Below, in pieces: positions 19,107-28,896 of a stretch of DNA of 48,785 bases. The DNA lies in contig DAOWJB010000076.1 in assembly GCA_030640625.1 (NCBI GenBank), positions 1 through 48,785 of the forward strand. The letters are read 5' to 3'. The stretch is from Bacteroides sp. (GTDB taxonomy: Bacteria > Bacteroidota > Bacteroidia > Bacteroidales > SM23-62). The notes under the pieces were generated by a model. The model was not told the origin of the DNA and made no database searches. It was given only the letters and a program-made list of their open reading frames with translations. A program made the position numbers and the translations under genes. Position 1 is the first letter of the stretch, and the number at the start of each line of letters is the position of its first letter.

Positions 19107-21530
19107 TCAGAAAATACCGGGATATTTCTCCGGATTGGATTCATGCATTATCTCATAGAGGATCTCGAACACATCCTCGGCACTTGGATTGGAAAAATAA
19201 TCACCATCTGTTCCATAGGCAGGCCTGTGATCCCGTTGCGAGATGGTTCTGGGTTGTGCATCAAGATATTCATAAGCTCCCTGCTCCTCGAGCACCTTCT
19301 GCATCATGTAGGCGGTGGCTCCCCCGGGAACATCTTCATCGAAAAAAACAACTTTCCCGGTTTTCCTGACTGATTCAAAGATGGTGTGCGGTAGATCAAA
19401 GGGAATCAGCGTTTGTACATCGATCACTTCCACATCAATATTGAAATCCTCCAGCTGAGCAACGGCCTCCTCTGCTATCCTGACACAGGAACCATAGGTC
19501 ACCAGCGTAATATCTTCTCCGGGGCGGATGATCTCGGGAATCCCCAGCGGGATCCTGAACACACCCAGGTTTGATGGCATCCGCTCCTTCAGGCGATATC
19601 CGTTAAGCGGCTCAATCACCAGGGCAGGATCATCCCCCTCAAGCAGTGTATTATAAAATCCGGCAGCCCGGGTCATATCGCGTGGTACACAAACATAAAC
19701 CCCGCGAATGGAATTGATCACCATACTGAGGGGGGAGCCAGAATGCCAGATCCCTTCCAGCCGATGTCCCCTGGTCCGGATAATCACCGGTGCCGACTGT
19801 GCCCCTTTTGTCCGGTAATGCATGGTAGCCAGGTCATCGCTGATGGTTTGAAGTCCATACAGCAAATAATCGAAATACTGTATCTCGGCAATCGGCCTGA
19901 ATCCCCTCATGGCCAGGCCAATCCCCTGCCCGATAATGGTGGTTTCCCGGATCCCGGTATCGGTGATCCGCTGTTCGCCGTATTTTTCCTGCAATCCCTC
20001 CAGGCTCTGGTTCACGCCCCCTATTTTGCCGGTATCCTCTCCGAAAGTTACCAGCATGGGATATTTGGCAAAGAGGCGGTCGAAATTCTCCCGCAATATC
20101 TCCCTTCCTGTCACTTCTAACTCCTCATCAGGGTATTCGGGCATAACCGGCTGGACATTCAAAACGGACCGGTCACTTTCATTGTACAGAAAAGCGCTAT
20201 AATGATCCCAGGCCTCATCGTACTGCCGGTTAAGCCAGGCATTTATTTCTACCTGTAATTGGTTCCTTACGGGACAATCAGAACAGATATGCCGGAGAAC
20301 CTTCTTGGCCGTGGAGAAATTATCTTTACGTATGGGATTCCTGACTTTTTGGAGGTTTTTGCGCAGGATTTTGATCTTGTCTATCTCATCGGAGGCACAT
20401 TTACATTTTTTGTGCACCAATATATCGACCAGTTCATCCCTCTCCCTGCTTATGGCATCAGTGTAATTTGCCCAGGCAGTCTCACGGGCCTTTTTTACAC
20501 GCAATACAGCTTCTTTTTCAATGCTATCCAGATCTTCTGAAGTAGCAAGATTACTTTCCAGTATCCACTCCCGCATTTTTTTCAATGGATCAAATTCCTT
20601 TTCCCACTCCAGCCTTTCCTTCGATTTATACCGTTCATGCGAGCCTGAGGTGGAATGTCCGAGTGGCTGGTTCATCTCATCGATATGAAACAAGACAGGT
20701 ATATGCGCTGACCTGCATCTTTGAATTCCTTCTTCAAAGACCTTGCATAATCCAGGATAATCCCAGCCCCTGGCATTGTATATCAGGATGCCGTCTTCTT
20801 TTTCATTTGCTTCGAATCCTTTCAATGCAGCCGAAATACTCTCCTTTACTGTCTGGTAATCACGTGTTACAGAAATGCCATATCCATCATCCCATACAGC
20901 AACAGCCATGGGGATCTGCAATACGGCGGCGGCATTCATGGTTTCAAAAAAATGGCCCTCGGAAGTACTTGCATCCCCGATCATTCCGAAAGCTACTTCG
21001 TTCCCATTATCAGACAGGTGGCCGGTCCCATTCAGTTCCGTATTATGCCTGAACAGCTTTGAAGCATAGGCAAAACCCACAAGTCTAGGCATTTGGGCCG
21101 CTGTCGGGGAAAGATCTGCTCCGGAATTTTTCTGCTCCATCAGATTTCTCCAGGAACCGTCAGGATTAATATTACGAGTGGCAAAATGATTGTTAAAGTT
21201 CCTTCCTGCATTTCCCGGATTCAACTCCGGATCAGTACACCCGTAGATCTGGGCGAAAAATCCCTCCGGTGTCACGATACCTGCAGCCATCATGAAGGTT
21301 TGGTCCCGGTAGTACCCCGACCGCCAGTCCCCATTCCTGAAATTCTTTGCCATGGCGATCTGTGCGATTTCCTTGCCATCACCAAATATTCCAAATTTCG
21401 CTTTTCCCGTCAGTACTTCTTTTCTGGCTACTACACTGCAATGCCTGCTGATATGTGCCATCCGGTAATCTTCCAGTACTTCTTCCCGGAAAGAATCATA
21501 GGAGATCTTCTGCATACTCTCATCCTTCAT
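19107..21530 (-). CDS. Fused alpha/beta E1 of a 2-oxoacid (probably branched-chain) dehydrogenase
   Basis: GKAKFGIFGDGKE, YYRDQT, TPP motif GDASTSEG, HSTSGSHERY, beta-domain GED...GGV, DTGIRE, IAEIQY. Start at ATG 21530. Confidence 0.92.
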   Translation of the reverse strand: MKDESMQKISYDSFREEVLEDYRMAHISRHCSVVARKEVLTGKAKFGIFGDGKEIAQIAMAKNFRNGDWRSGYYRDQTFMMAAGIVTPEGFFAQIYGCTDPELNPGNAGRNFNNHFATRNINPDGSWRNLMEQKNSGADLSPTAAQMPRLVGFAYASKLFRHNTELNGTGHLSDNGNEVAFGMIGDASTSEGHFFETMNAAAVLQIPMAVAVWDDGYGISVTRDYQTVKESISAALKGFEANEKEDGILIYNARGWDYPGLCKVFEEGIQRCRSAHIPVLFHIDEMNQPLGHSTSGSHERYKSKERLEWEKEFDPLKKMREWILESNLATSEDLDSIEKEAVLRVKKARETAWANYTDAISRERDELVDILVHKKCKCASDEIDKIKILRKNLQKVRNPIRKDNFSTAKKVLRHICSDCPVRNQLQVEINAWLNRQYDEAWDHYSAFLYNESDRSVLNVQPVMPEYPDEELEVTGREILRENFDRLFAKYPMLVTFGEDTGKIGGVNQSLEGLQEKYGEQRITDTGIRETTIIGQGIGLAMRGFRPIAEIQYFDYLLYGLQTISDDLATMHYRTKGAQSAPVIIRTRGHRLEGIWHSGSPLSMVINSIRGVYVCVPRDMTRAAGFYNTLLEGDDPALVIEPLNGYRLKERMPSNLGVFRIPLGIPEIIRPGEDITLVTYGSCVRIAEEAVAQLEDFNIDVEVIDVQTLIPFDLPHTIFESVRKTGKVVFFDEDVPGGATAYMMQKVLEEQGAYEYLDAQPRTISQRDHRPAYGTDGDYFSNPSAEDVFEILYEIMHESNPEKYPGIF

Positions 21531-21557
21531 AGGCTGATCCAATATTTTGTATCAGGA

Positions 21558-21586
21558 CAAATTTAATGAGAATTATACTAACTTTG
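21558..21586. promoter_or_regulatory. Back-to-back divergent -7 boxes for E1 (minus) and the small protein (plus)
   Basis: TAAATTTG on minus at 21558-21565 and TAACTTTG on plus at 21579-21586. Confidence 0.55.
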
Positions 21587-21591
21587 CATCC

Positions 21592-21807
21592 ATGCTACTA
21601 AAGGTAATAATCATTTCAACGGTACTGCTGGGTATAGCCTTCCTGGGATTAGCCTTCCGGGCCCTCTTTGTTCGCGGAGGCAGGTTTCCACAGACATCCA
21701 TTGGAAAGAACAAGCAAATGCGGGAACTGGGCATTACCTGCGTGAAACACGATGAATTGAATTGCCATAAGAACGGCGGAAGTTTTGGTGCTTGTGGTTG
21801 TTCCTAG
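21592..21807 (+). CDS. Small single-TM protein with Cys-rich C-terminus (possible NqrM analogue)
   Basis: 71 aa: TM helix, GGRFPQTSIG..K.MRELGITC, four Cys; own -7 box. Confidence 0.75.
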   Translation: MLLKVIIISTVLLGIAFLGLAFRALFVRGGRFPQTSIGKNKQMRELGITCVKHDELNCHKNGGSFGACGCS

Positions 21808-21811
21808 ATCA

Positions 21812-22831
21812 TTAAATATCTTCTGACAGTATTTTTTTCATTCCTGCAGTATACCAAACCTTGTATTCCCCCATCTCATCATTATAGATCAGGTAAGCAT
21901 CCAGATTGTTATGCTCTTCCAGGAACGCCCGGGCTTTCTTAAATCCCATTACCATAAAGGCCGTGGCGTAGGCATCGGCACGCATGCAATCGCTGGCGAC
22001 CACCGTTGCACTCAGCAAGCCATGCTGCACAGGGTATCCTGTGAAAGGATCTATGGTATGTGAATACTTAATGCCATCTTCTTCGTAGAACCTGCGATAA
22101 TTCCCGGAAGTGGCAAGCGACTTGCCTGATATTTGAACGATTGCCTGCATTTCTACTCCCGGAAGCTGCAGTCCGTCTATGGGTTTGTCAATACCGATGC
22201 GCCAATCCAGTCCGAACCTGTTCTGGCCACTGGTCCTCACCTCTCCACCTATCTCAATCAGATAATTTTCGATTTTCTCCGAATTGAGAAACTCAGCAAG
22301 TACGTCGACCGCATAACCCTGGGCTATGGCATTCATATCCAGCATGATTCCCTCCTGTTGCTTAATCAGCCTGTCCTGTTCGAGAGAGACCTTGTCCATC
22401 CCTACAAACTGCAAAAGACTGTCAATCAGAGCACTGTCTACCCTGGCTTTCTCGGTAAAACCAAATCCCCAGGCATTCACAATTGGAGCTACGGTAATAT
22501 CGAAGGCTCCACCGGTAATGGTATATACTTCTTCTGCCGCAGAGAAACAGTTCCTGAAGTAATTGTCAGCGAGGATATCATTCATCCCCTGGTTCATGCG
22601 GGAGATGATTGACGAGGGTATATAGGTGGAAAGCGACTGGTCAAATTCCCGAAGCAATTCTTCAAGCCTGTCCTGGTAATTTGTACTATCCGGATCCTGG
22701 TAAGTAATATTGTAGGTGGTCCCCTGGGTATATCCACTGATCTTCAGCCAGGCACCCCTGTTACCTGAAGAACAGCCATTCAAAATGAGGGCCAGAACGA
22801 AGATTCCTGCCCAAAACATCATTCTATGCAT
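21812..22831 (-). CDS. apbE: FAD:protein FMN transferase (lipoprotein)
   Basis: Lipobox LNGC, GAFDITV, DMNAIAQGYAVD, EIGGE, ATSGNY, SHTIDP, ADAYATA. Confidence 0.95.
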   Translation of the reverse strand: MHRMMFWAGIFVLALILNGCSSGNRGAWLKISGYTQGTTYNITYQDPDSTNYQDRLEELLREFDQSLSTYIPSSIISRMNQGMNDILADNYFRNCFSAAEEVYTITGGAFDITVAPIVNAWGFGFTEKARVDSALIDSLLQFVGMDKVSLEQDRLIKQQEGIMLDMNAIAQGYAVDVLAEFLNSEKIENYLIEIGGEVRTSGQNRFGLDWRIGIDKPIDGLQLPGVEMQAIVQISGKSLATSGNYRRFYEEDGIKYSHTIDPFTGYPVQHGLLSATVVASDCMRADAYATAFMVMGFKKARAFLEEHNNLDAYLIYNDEMGEYKVWYTAGMKKILSEDI

Positions 22832-22860
22832 TGCTATTATTAAAAAATGTCGGATCCTTT

Positions 22861-24114
22861 CTAGCCGCCGAAATCGTCAAAATCGACCATTTCATCCGGT
22901 ATACCCAGGTTATACAGCATATCCTGAACGGCATCATTCATCATGGGCGGTCCGCAAAGATAATATTCAATCTCCTCAGGTTCCTCCACATTACCAAGGT
23001 ATTTATCATATAATACCTGGTGTATAAATCCGGTCAGTCCATCCCAATTATCCTCATCCAGAGGCTCGGAAAGGGCAATATAAAATTTAAAATTTGGGAA
23101 TTTCTTCTCGATGGCCCTGAATTCATCTTCGTAGAAGATCTCTCGCATCGACCTGGCGCCATACCAGTAGGACACCTTGCGGTTGGTATTCAATGTATGG
23201 AACAGATGGAATATATGCGATCTGAGGGGAGCCATTCCTGCCCCACCACCAATGTAGACCATTTCCTTATCGGTATCTTTGATATGAAATTCACCGTAAG
23301 GTCCCGAAACCATCACTTTGTCCCCTGGCTTTCTAGAAAATATAAAAGAAGAACATACACCCGGTGGCACTTTCATGAAGCCTCCCCTGGATTTATCCCA
23401 GGGTGGGGTGGCGATCCGTATATTCAGCATCACAATATTACCCTCTGCCGGATGGTTTGCCATGGAGTAGGCACGGTAGGTCTCTTCCGAGTTTTTCATT
23501 TTCAGGTCCCACATGTTGTACTTATCCCACTCATCCCTGAATTCTTCTTCAATGTCAAAATCCTTAAATTCGACCTTAACTTTTGGAACATCGATTTGTA
23601 CATATCCTCCGGAATCAAAAGCAAGGCTTTCTCCCTCGGGCAGCCTCACAACGAATTCTTTGATAAATGTCGCTACGTTCTTGTTTGATATGACCTCGCA
23701 TTCCCACTTCTTGATCCCCATTACTGATTCCGGGACCTTGATCTTCATATCACTGCGAATTTTAACCTGGCATCCCAGCCGCCAGTTATTTTGTTGTTCC
23801 TTCCGTGTAAAGAAACCCGTCTCAGTGGGCAGTATACTGCCGCCTCCTTCATATACCTGGACTTTGCACAAACCACATGTTCCCCCGCCGCCACACGCAG
23901 ATGGCAGAAAAATGCCGGAACCAGACATCGTATTCAGAAGTGTATTTCCGGGGGGAACAATCAATTCCTTGTCGTTGATCTGCAGTTTGACTTCCCCCTG
24001 GGGTGTTAGTTTGGCCCTTGCATAGAGCAGCATAAACACAAGCAGGATGATAATAAACAGGAAGACTGCAATACTTATCAGGATAACTCCAAGGGAGGAT
24101 GTTAATAGCACCAT
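22861..24114 (-). CDS. nqrF: Na+-NQR subunit F
   Basis: 2Fe-2S motif CGGGGTCGLC...C, RAYSMAN, GGGAGMAP, YLCGPPMM, DDFGG. Confidence 0.97.
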   Translation of the reverse strand: MVLLTSSLGVILISIAVFLFIIILLVFMLLYARAKLTPQGEVKLQINDKELIVPPGNTLLNTMSGSGIFLPSACGGGGTCGLCKVQVYEGGGSILPTETGFFTRKEQQNNWRLGCQVKIRSDMKIKVPESVMGIKKWECEVISNKNVATFIKEFVVRLPEGESLAFDSGGYVQIDVPKVKVEFKDFDIEEEFRDEWDKYNMWDLKMKNSEETYRAYSMANHPAEGNIVMLNIRIATPPWDKSRGGFMKVPPGVCSSFIFSRKPGDKVMVSGPYGEFHIKDTDKEMVYIGGGAGMAPLRSHIFHLFHTLNTNRKVSYWYGARSMREIFYEDEFRAIEKKFPNFKFYIALSEPLDEDNWDGLTGFIHQVLYDKYLGNVEEPEEIEYYLCGPPMMNDAVQDMLYNLGIPDEMVDFDDFGG

Positions 24115-24129
24115 TTCAGACGTCTGTAT

Positions 24130-24747
24130 TTAAAGTTTAATACCCATAAAACTCATGAAAGCAATTCCCATCAACCCGGTGATGATGAAAGTGATCCCTA
24201 GTCCACGCAAAGGAGCAGGTACATTGGAATACCGTATCTTCTCCCGGATGGCAGCAATGCCTACGATGGCCAGGAACCAACCCACACCGGAACCGAGTCC
24301 GAATGCGGTTGCTTCAACAATAGAAGTATACTCTCTTTCCTGCATGAACAGTGAACCGCCCAGGATGGCACAGTTCACTGCGATCAAGGGAAGGAATATT
24401 CCCAATGAGTTATAAAGGGAGGGGGAGAACTTCTCCACGACCATTTCAACCAATTGCACCATTGAAGCGATCACTGCAATGAACATAATGAAGCTCAGAA
24501 AACTCAGGTCTACATCGGCCAGTGTTGGACTGAGCCATGTAAGGGCACCCTCTTTAAGAATATAATTTTCTAACAGGTAATCAATGGGGAGCGTAAAACC
24601 CAGGACAAAGATCACTGCCAGTCCGAGTCCCGTCGATGTCTTCACTGTCTTCGATACCGCCAGGTATGAGCACATACCCAGGAAATATGCGAAGATCATA
24701 TTGTCAATAAAGATGGATTTGACGAATATATTTACGAGATTTTCCAT
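24130..24747 (-). CDS. nqrE: Na+-NQR subunit E
   Basis: [31 protein letters not shown]. Confidence 0.97.
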   Translation of the reverse strand: MENLVNIFVKSIFIDNMIFAYFLGMCSYLAVSKTVKTSTGLGLAVIFVLGFTLPIDYLLENYILKEGALTWLSPTLADVDLSFLSFIMFIAVIASMVQLVEMVVEKFSPSLYNSLGIFLPLIAVNCAILGGSLFMQEREYTSIVEATAFGLGSGVGWFLAIVGIAAIREKIRYSNVPAPLRGLGITFIITGLMGIAFMSFMGIKL

Positions 24748-24762
24748 TTTTCTATAAGTTTT

Positions 24763-25410
24763 CTACTTCTCTTCAATTAGTTTCCGGTTCCTTGCACGCT
24801 GTATCCAGATAATGATTCCAACGGTAATCAGCGCCATGGGGGGAAGGATCATCAATCCGTTATTGACATATCCGGTTGTGAATATACCCAGCTTCTCAAA
24901 CAGGGGATAATCCCATATAGTTCCTGAGCCAAGCAATTCCCTGAAGAAGGCAACGATGATCAGGATTAAACCATATCCTGCAGCATTCCCGACACCATCC
25001 AGGAATGCTGGCCATGGTTTGTTGGCAAGCGCAAAGGCCTCCAGCCGTCCCATAATTATACAATTGGTGATGATCAGTCCGACAAACACCGAAAGTTGTT
25101 TGCTCACATCATAGGCAAAAGCCTGCAAAATCTCATCAACCAGGATCACCATGGTGGCGATCACGGTCAGTTGTACGATGATGCGGATCCTGGGAGGAAT
25201 GGACTTTCTGAGCAGGGATATCACTACATTGGAGACAGCCATTACTGCCACTACGGAAATCGCCAATACTACCGATGGTTTGAGTTTAACTGTAACAGCC
25301 AGGGCCGAACAGATCCCGAGGACCTGTACTGTAATGGGATTGCTGTCATTCAGAGGATCCCTCAGCAAATTCAGATTTTTGGTTGAAAACAGCGGTTCTC
25401 TCTCTTTCAT
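24763..25410 (-). CDS. nqrD: Na+-NQR subunit D
   Basis: QVLGICSALAVT, VGLIITNCIIMGRLEAFA. Confidence 0.97.
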   Translation of the reverse strand: MKEREPLFSTKNLNLLRDPLNDSNPITVQVLGICSALAVTVKLKPSVVLAISVVAVMAVSNVVISLLRKSIPPRIRIIVQLTVIATMVILVDEILQAFAYDVSKQLSVFVGLIITNCIIMGRLEAFALANKPWPAFLDGVGNAAGYGLILIIVAFFRELLGSGTIWDYPLFEKLGIFTTGYVNNGLMILPPMALITVGIIIWIQRARNRKLIEEK

Positions 25411-25412
25411 GA

Positions 25413-26138
25413 TCAGTTGCTTTTGTTTTTAAAGAAAGTTTCATAATTGCCAAGGCATTCCTCCATCATCTCCTGGAGTGCCACACTGGTGATGGTCCCT
25501 CCCGATATGGCATCGACGGCATGCGGATCAGCCGGATCAGCACCGCCCTTTACAACCCTGATGGAGGTAAATTTACCGGCATCATCAAATATTTTCTTCC
25601 CCAGGTATTGGGACTGATACCATTCCGTGTTGATCTCTGCTCCCAGTCCGGGTGTTTCCTTGGCATGGGCGAAGATGGCACCGTAAATGGTCGACATGTC
25701 TTCCTGCAGTGAAATGTACCCCCATATGGGTCCCCATAAGCCTTTCCCCTGCAGTGGAAGGATGTAGATCTCCGTGCCGTCTTCCTCTACAAAGATGAAT
25801 ACCGGGAGACTGCGTTCTTCGGGCGCTCTTGCCAGCTCAGCCTTAAGGTTAACCCTGAAAGCATCCACATCCTCTTTCAATGCTCCGCTTGCATCTATGG
25901 TAAAGCTCTTTGTAATATTTACCTCATAGGCCTCCTCCACAAAAGTATCTTTGTCCTTAACCTCATCAAGATCACGGGCGATACCTACAGAGCGCAGAAT
26001 ATCCAGTTTCTTCTCAATCTCAACATTTTTTTCCTGGAATGGCTTAAGCTGCTCTGCCACGAAGGACAAAAGGGTGGCAACCAGCATTACCATAACTGTC
26101 GAGAAAATAAAAATATATGTGTTGCTAAATCTCTTCAT
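25413..26138 (-). CDS. nqrC: Na+-NQR subunit C
   Basis: GKGLWGPIWGY, ETPGLGAEI, FMN-Thr motif ISGGTITS. Confidence 0.96.
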   Translation of the reverse strand: MKRFSNTYIFIFSTVMVMLVATLLSFVAEQLKPFQEKNVEIEKKLDILRSVGIARDLDEVKDKDTFVEEAYEVNITKSFTIDASGALKEDVDAFRVNLKAELARAPEERSLPVFIFVEEDGTEIYILPLQGKGLWGPIWGYISLQEDMSTIYGAIFAHAKETPGLGAEINTEWYQSQYLGKKIFDDAGKFTSIRVVKGGADPADPHAVDAISGGTITSVALQEMMEECLGNYETFFKNKSN

Positions 26139-26150
26139 AGGATTGGTCCT

Positions 26151-27335
26151 TTAGGCGTTTGTACTTACTTTCACTCTTTTGAGCCTTCTTTTAATATGTG
26201 ATTCTATCACATAATGATCAATAAGCGGTGCAAAGACATTCATCAGCAGGATGGCCAGCATCACCCCTTCAGGGAAGGCCGGATTCAGCACCCGGATTAT
26301 GATGGCCAGCAGGCCGATGAGAAATCCGTATATCCACTTGCCCCTTTCGGTCTGTGCGGCACTTACCGGGTCGGTCGCCATAAAGACGGCACCAAAGGCA
26401 AATCCGCCCAGCATCAGGTGCTGCCAGAAAGGGATCTCCATCAAGGCATTTCCTCCGAATGAATTCAGGATCAGTCCCATGACCGTACCACCTGCAAAAA
26501 CCGAGAGGATGATCTTCCAGCTGCCCACACCGGTGTAAATAAGGAAAGCGGCCCCGATCAGGATGGCCAGCATGGAAGTTTCCCCGATCGATCCGGGTAT
26601 GATTCCCAGGAACATGTCCATGCCAGTCATGGGATCGCCTGTGGTATTAAGTATCTGTGGTTCATTGACAGCAGCTTGTCCAAGAGCTGTGGCTCCGCTA
26701 AATCCATCAACGATTCCTTCCCCCTTAAACAGGCCATTGATCCAGACCTTGTCTCCGGACATGAACGTGGGATATGCGAAGAATAAAAAGGCCCTTGCTG
26801 TGAGTGCCGGATTGAGAATATTCATGCCAACCCCACCAAAGACCTCCTTGCCAATGATCACGGCGAAGACTGTTGCTACAGCCACCATCCAGAGGGGGGT
26901 GTCAACGGGAACTACCAGTGGGACCAGGATGCCCGATACAAGGTAGCCTTCACTTACTTCATGACCCCTGATCTGGGCAAACAAAAACTCTATGCCCAGT
27001 CCGACTACATATGAGACAACAATGATCGGGAACACCTTGAGGAACCCGAACCAGAAATTCCCCAGAAGGGTGCGTTCCAATCCGATGGCCAGCGCATTCT
27101 GATAGCCAGTATTCCACATCCCCATGAGGATGGCAGGCACCAAGGCCAGCACCACGACAATCATGGTACGCTTCATATCCATTGCATCTCGGATATGCGA
27201 TCCTTTCTGGGTTACATGATTGGGTACAAAGAGGAATGACTCAAAGGCCTCGAATGTGGACTGCAAGGCAGCGAACTTCCCACCCTTTTCAAAATTCGGC
27301 TTGATCTTATCTACAAACCTTCTCAGTGAATTCAT
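26151..27335 (-). CDS. nqrB: Na+-NQR subunit B
   Basis: HIRD.MD.KRTM, KEVFGG.G.N..NPAL, FMN motif SGAT, FMATDPVS. Confidence 0.97.
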   Translation of the reverse strand: MNSLRRFVDKIKPNFEKGGKFAALQSTFEAFESFLFVPNHVTQKGSHIRDAMDMKRTMIVVVLALVPAILMGMWNTGYQNALAIGLERTLLGNFWFGFLKVFPIIVVSYVVGLGIEFLFAQIRGHEVSEGYLVSGILVPLVVPVDTPLWMVAVATVFAVIIGKEVFGGVGMNILNPALTARAFLFFAYPTFMSGDKVWINGLFKGEGIVDGFSGATALGQAAVNEPQILNTTGDPMTGMDMFLGIIPGSIGETSMLAILIGAAFLIYTGVGSWKIILSVFAGGTVMGLILNSFGGNALMEIPFWQHLMLGGFAFGAVFMATDPVSAAQTERGKWIYGFLIGLLAIIIRVLNPAFPEGVMLAILLMNVFAPLIDHYVIESHIKRRLKRVKVSTNA

Positions 27336-27368
27336 ATGCGTATGGGATGATTTTTTTTAGATGATGAA

Positions 27369-28721
27369 TTACTCTAATTCTTTGATCATCTGATCAATTC
27401 CTTGCCTGATTATGGACTGGATCTCGATTTTCGAGGGACAGACGAACTCGCAAAGGGCGAAATCCTCCTCGGCTACCTCGAATATTCCCAATTGTTCCAT
27501 TTTCTCAATATCATCCACAAGGATGGCTTTCAAAAGGTGCATCGGGTATATGTTCATGGGCAGGACCTTCTCATACTCGCCGGTCAATACAAATGGCCTT
27601 TCTCCTCCCTTCAGATTGGTATCAACCTTATATTCCCTGCCAGGCATCAGCCAGGTGGCAAAACTCCTGGAAACGCTGAATTTGTTAAATCCAGGTGCTA
27701 TCCAACCAAACATTTCGTAATAATTCCCTTCCGGCAGGATGGTCAACTGACTGTCATAATAACCAAGGTATCCGATTTTATTTATTTTGCTTCCGGTAAG
27801 GGCATTTCCGCTGATATACCTCAAATCTCCCGGATTCACATTATCCACTACAAAGGGCTCAATACTGGTTCCGCTTAATACCTTGAAATACCTTGGCTTT
27901 TTAACCTCCGAACCGGTTACGGCTATTACCTTGGTGGCATCATAGACTCCCTGTTCAAACAAACGGCCAATCATGACCACCTCCTCGGGTTGTATGTACC
28001 AGACTGTCTCATCCTTGTTGACAGGGTCAACATGATGGATCTGAATGCCAGGATTTCCAGCCGGATGTGGTCCTTTAAAATAATGCAGGGTAACACCAGT
28101 TACTTCAGTAAAAACATCAGCGGCAGGATAATCAGCATTCAGGGAAAGGTGGACATCTCCCCTGGTTAGCTTATTCAGGACATTGATCCCTGTTTGAAAA
28201 ACCTTGTTGTTCCCTTTCACCACAAAATCCATATCCGGTGCCAGTGGGGCTGTATTAAAACCTGAAATAAAGATGGCTTTTGGTTCAACCTGTGAACGGG
28301 CAATCACCGCATAAGGCCGCTGCCGGATAGATGGCCAGAGGCCGGCATCCTGGATTTTCTGAATGATCTGCCCCCGGTCAAGAAACCCCGGATCGGCAGC
28401 CCTGAATTCTTCATATTCATTCTTTCCATCGGCTTCAACAACCACCTCCAGTATTCTTCTTCTTTCCCCCCTGTTGACGGCCTTGACCACACCACTGACC
28501 GGTGAGGTAAATTTAACTTCGGGCCTGAGTTTATCAAAGAAAAGGACCGATCCTGCTTTTACCGTATCTCCTGGCCTGGCAGCCAGTTTTGGCATGATCC
28601 CGGGAAAATCGATGGGTTTAACAGCGTAGGTAGAGGCAGGTTGTACGTTGGAAATAATCTTTTCGGCAGTTCCTTTCAGTTTTATATCAAGACCTTTCTT
28701 GATCTTAAATACCTTGGACAT
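27369..28721 (-). CDS. nqrA: Na+-NQR subunit A
   Basis: IKKGLDIKL.G, FTSPVSG, GPHPAGN, EEDFALCEFVCPSK. Start at ATG 28721. Confidence 0.96.
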   Translation of the reverse strand: MSKVFKIKKGLDIKLKGTAEKIISNVQPASTYAVKPIDFPGIMPKLAARPGDTVKAGSVLFFDKLRPEVKFTSPVSGVVKAVNRGERRRILEVVVEADGKNEYEEFRAADPGFLDRGQIIQKIQDAGLWPSIRQRPYAVIARSQVEPKAIFISGFNTAPLAPDMDFVVKGNNKVFQTGINVLNKLTRGDVHLSLNADYPAADVFTEVTGVTLHYFKGPHPAGNPGIQIHHVDPVNKDETVWYIQPEEVVMIGRLFEQGVYDATKVIAVTGSEVKKPRYFKVLSGTSIEPFVVDNVNPGDLRYISGNALTGSKINKIGYLGYYDSQLTILPEGNYYEMFGWIAPGFNKFSVSRSFATWLMPGREYKVDTNLKGGERPFVLTGEYEKVLPMNIYPMHLLKAILVDDIEKMEQLGIFEVAEEDFALCEFVCPSKIEIQSIIRQGIDQMIKELE

Positions 28722-28753
28722 GGAATAATTTTTGATTTGCAAAAAACGTTTGA

Positions 28754-28761
28754 CAAAAATA
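28754..28761 (-). promoter_or_regulatory. -7 box for the nqr operon
   Basis: TATTTTTG on the minus strand, 32 nt before the nqrA ATG. Confidence 0.55.
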
Positions 28762-28809
28762 GGTATTTTTAATTTTCCTGCAAGACGGAATACCTGAGAT
28801 TCAGATAAT

Positions 28810-28831
28810 AAAACTTTACATGTAAAGTTTT
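28810..28831. promoter_or_regulatory. Perfect 22-bp palindrome, candidate operator
   Basis: AAAACTTTACA|TGTAAAGTTTT in the divergent nqrA/plug intergenic region. Confidence 0.55.
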
Positions 28832-28896
28832 TAATATGTTGACATATATATTATTGCTGTTATGATGGGTTTGATCTGCTATAAAACATAATTAAT

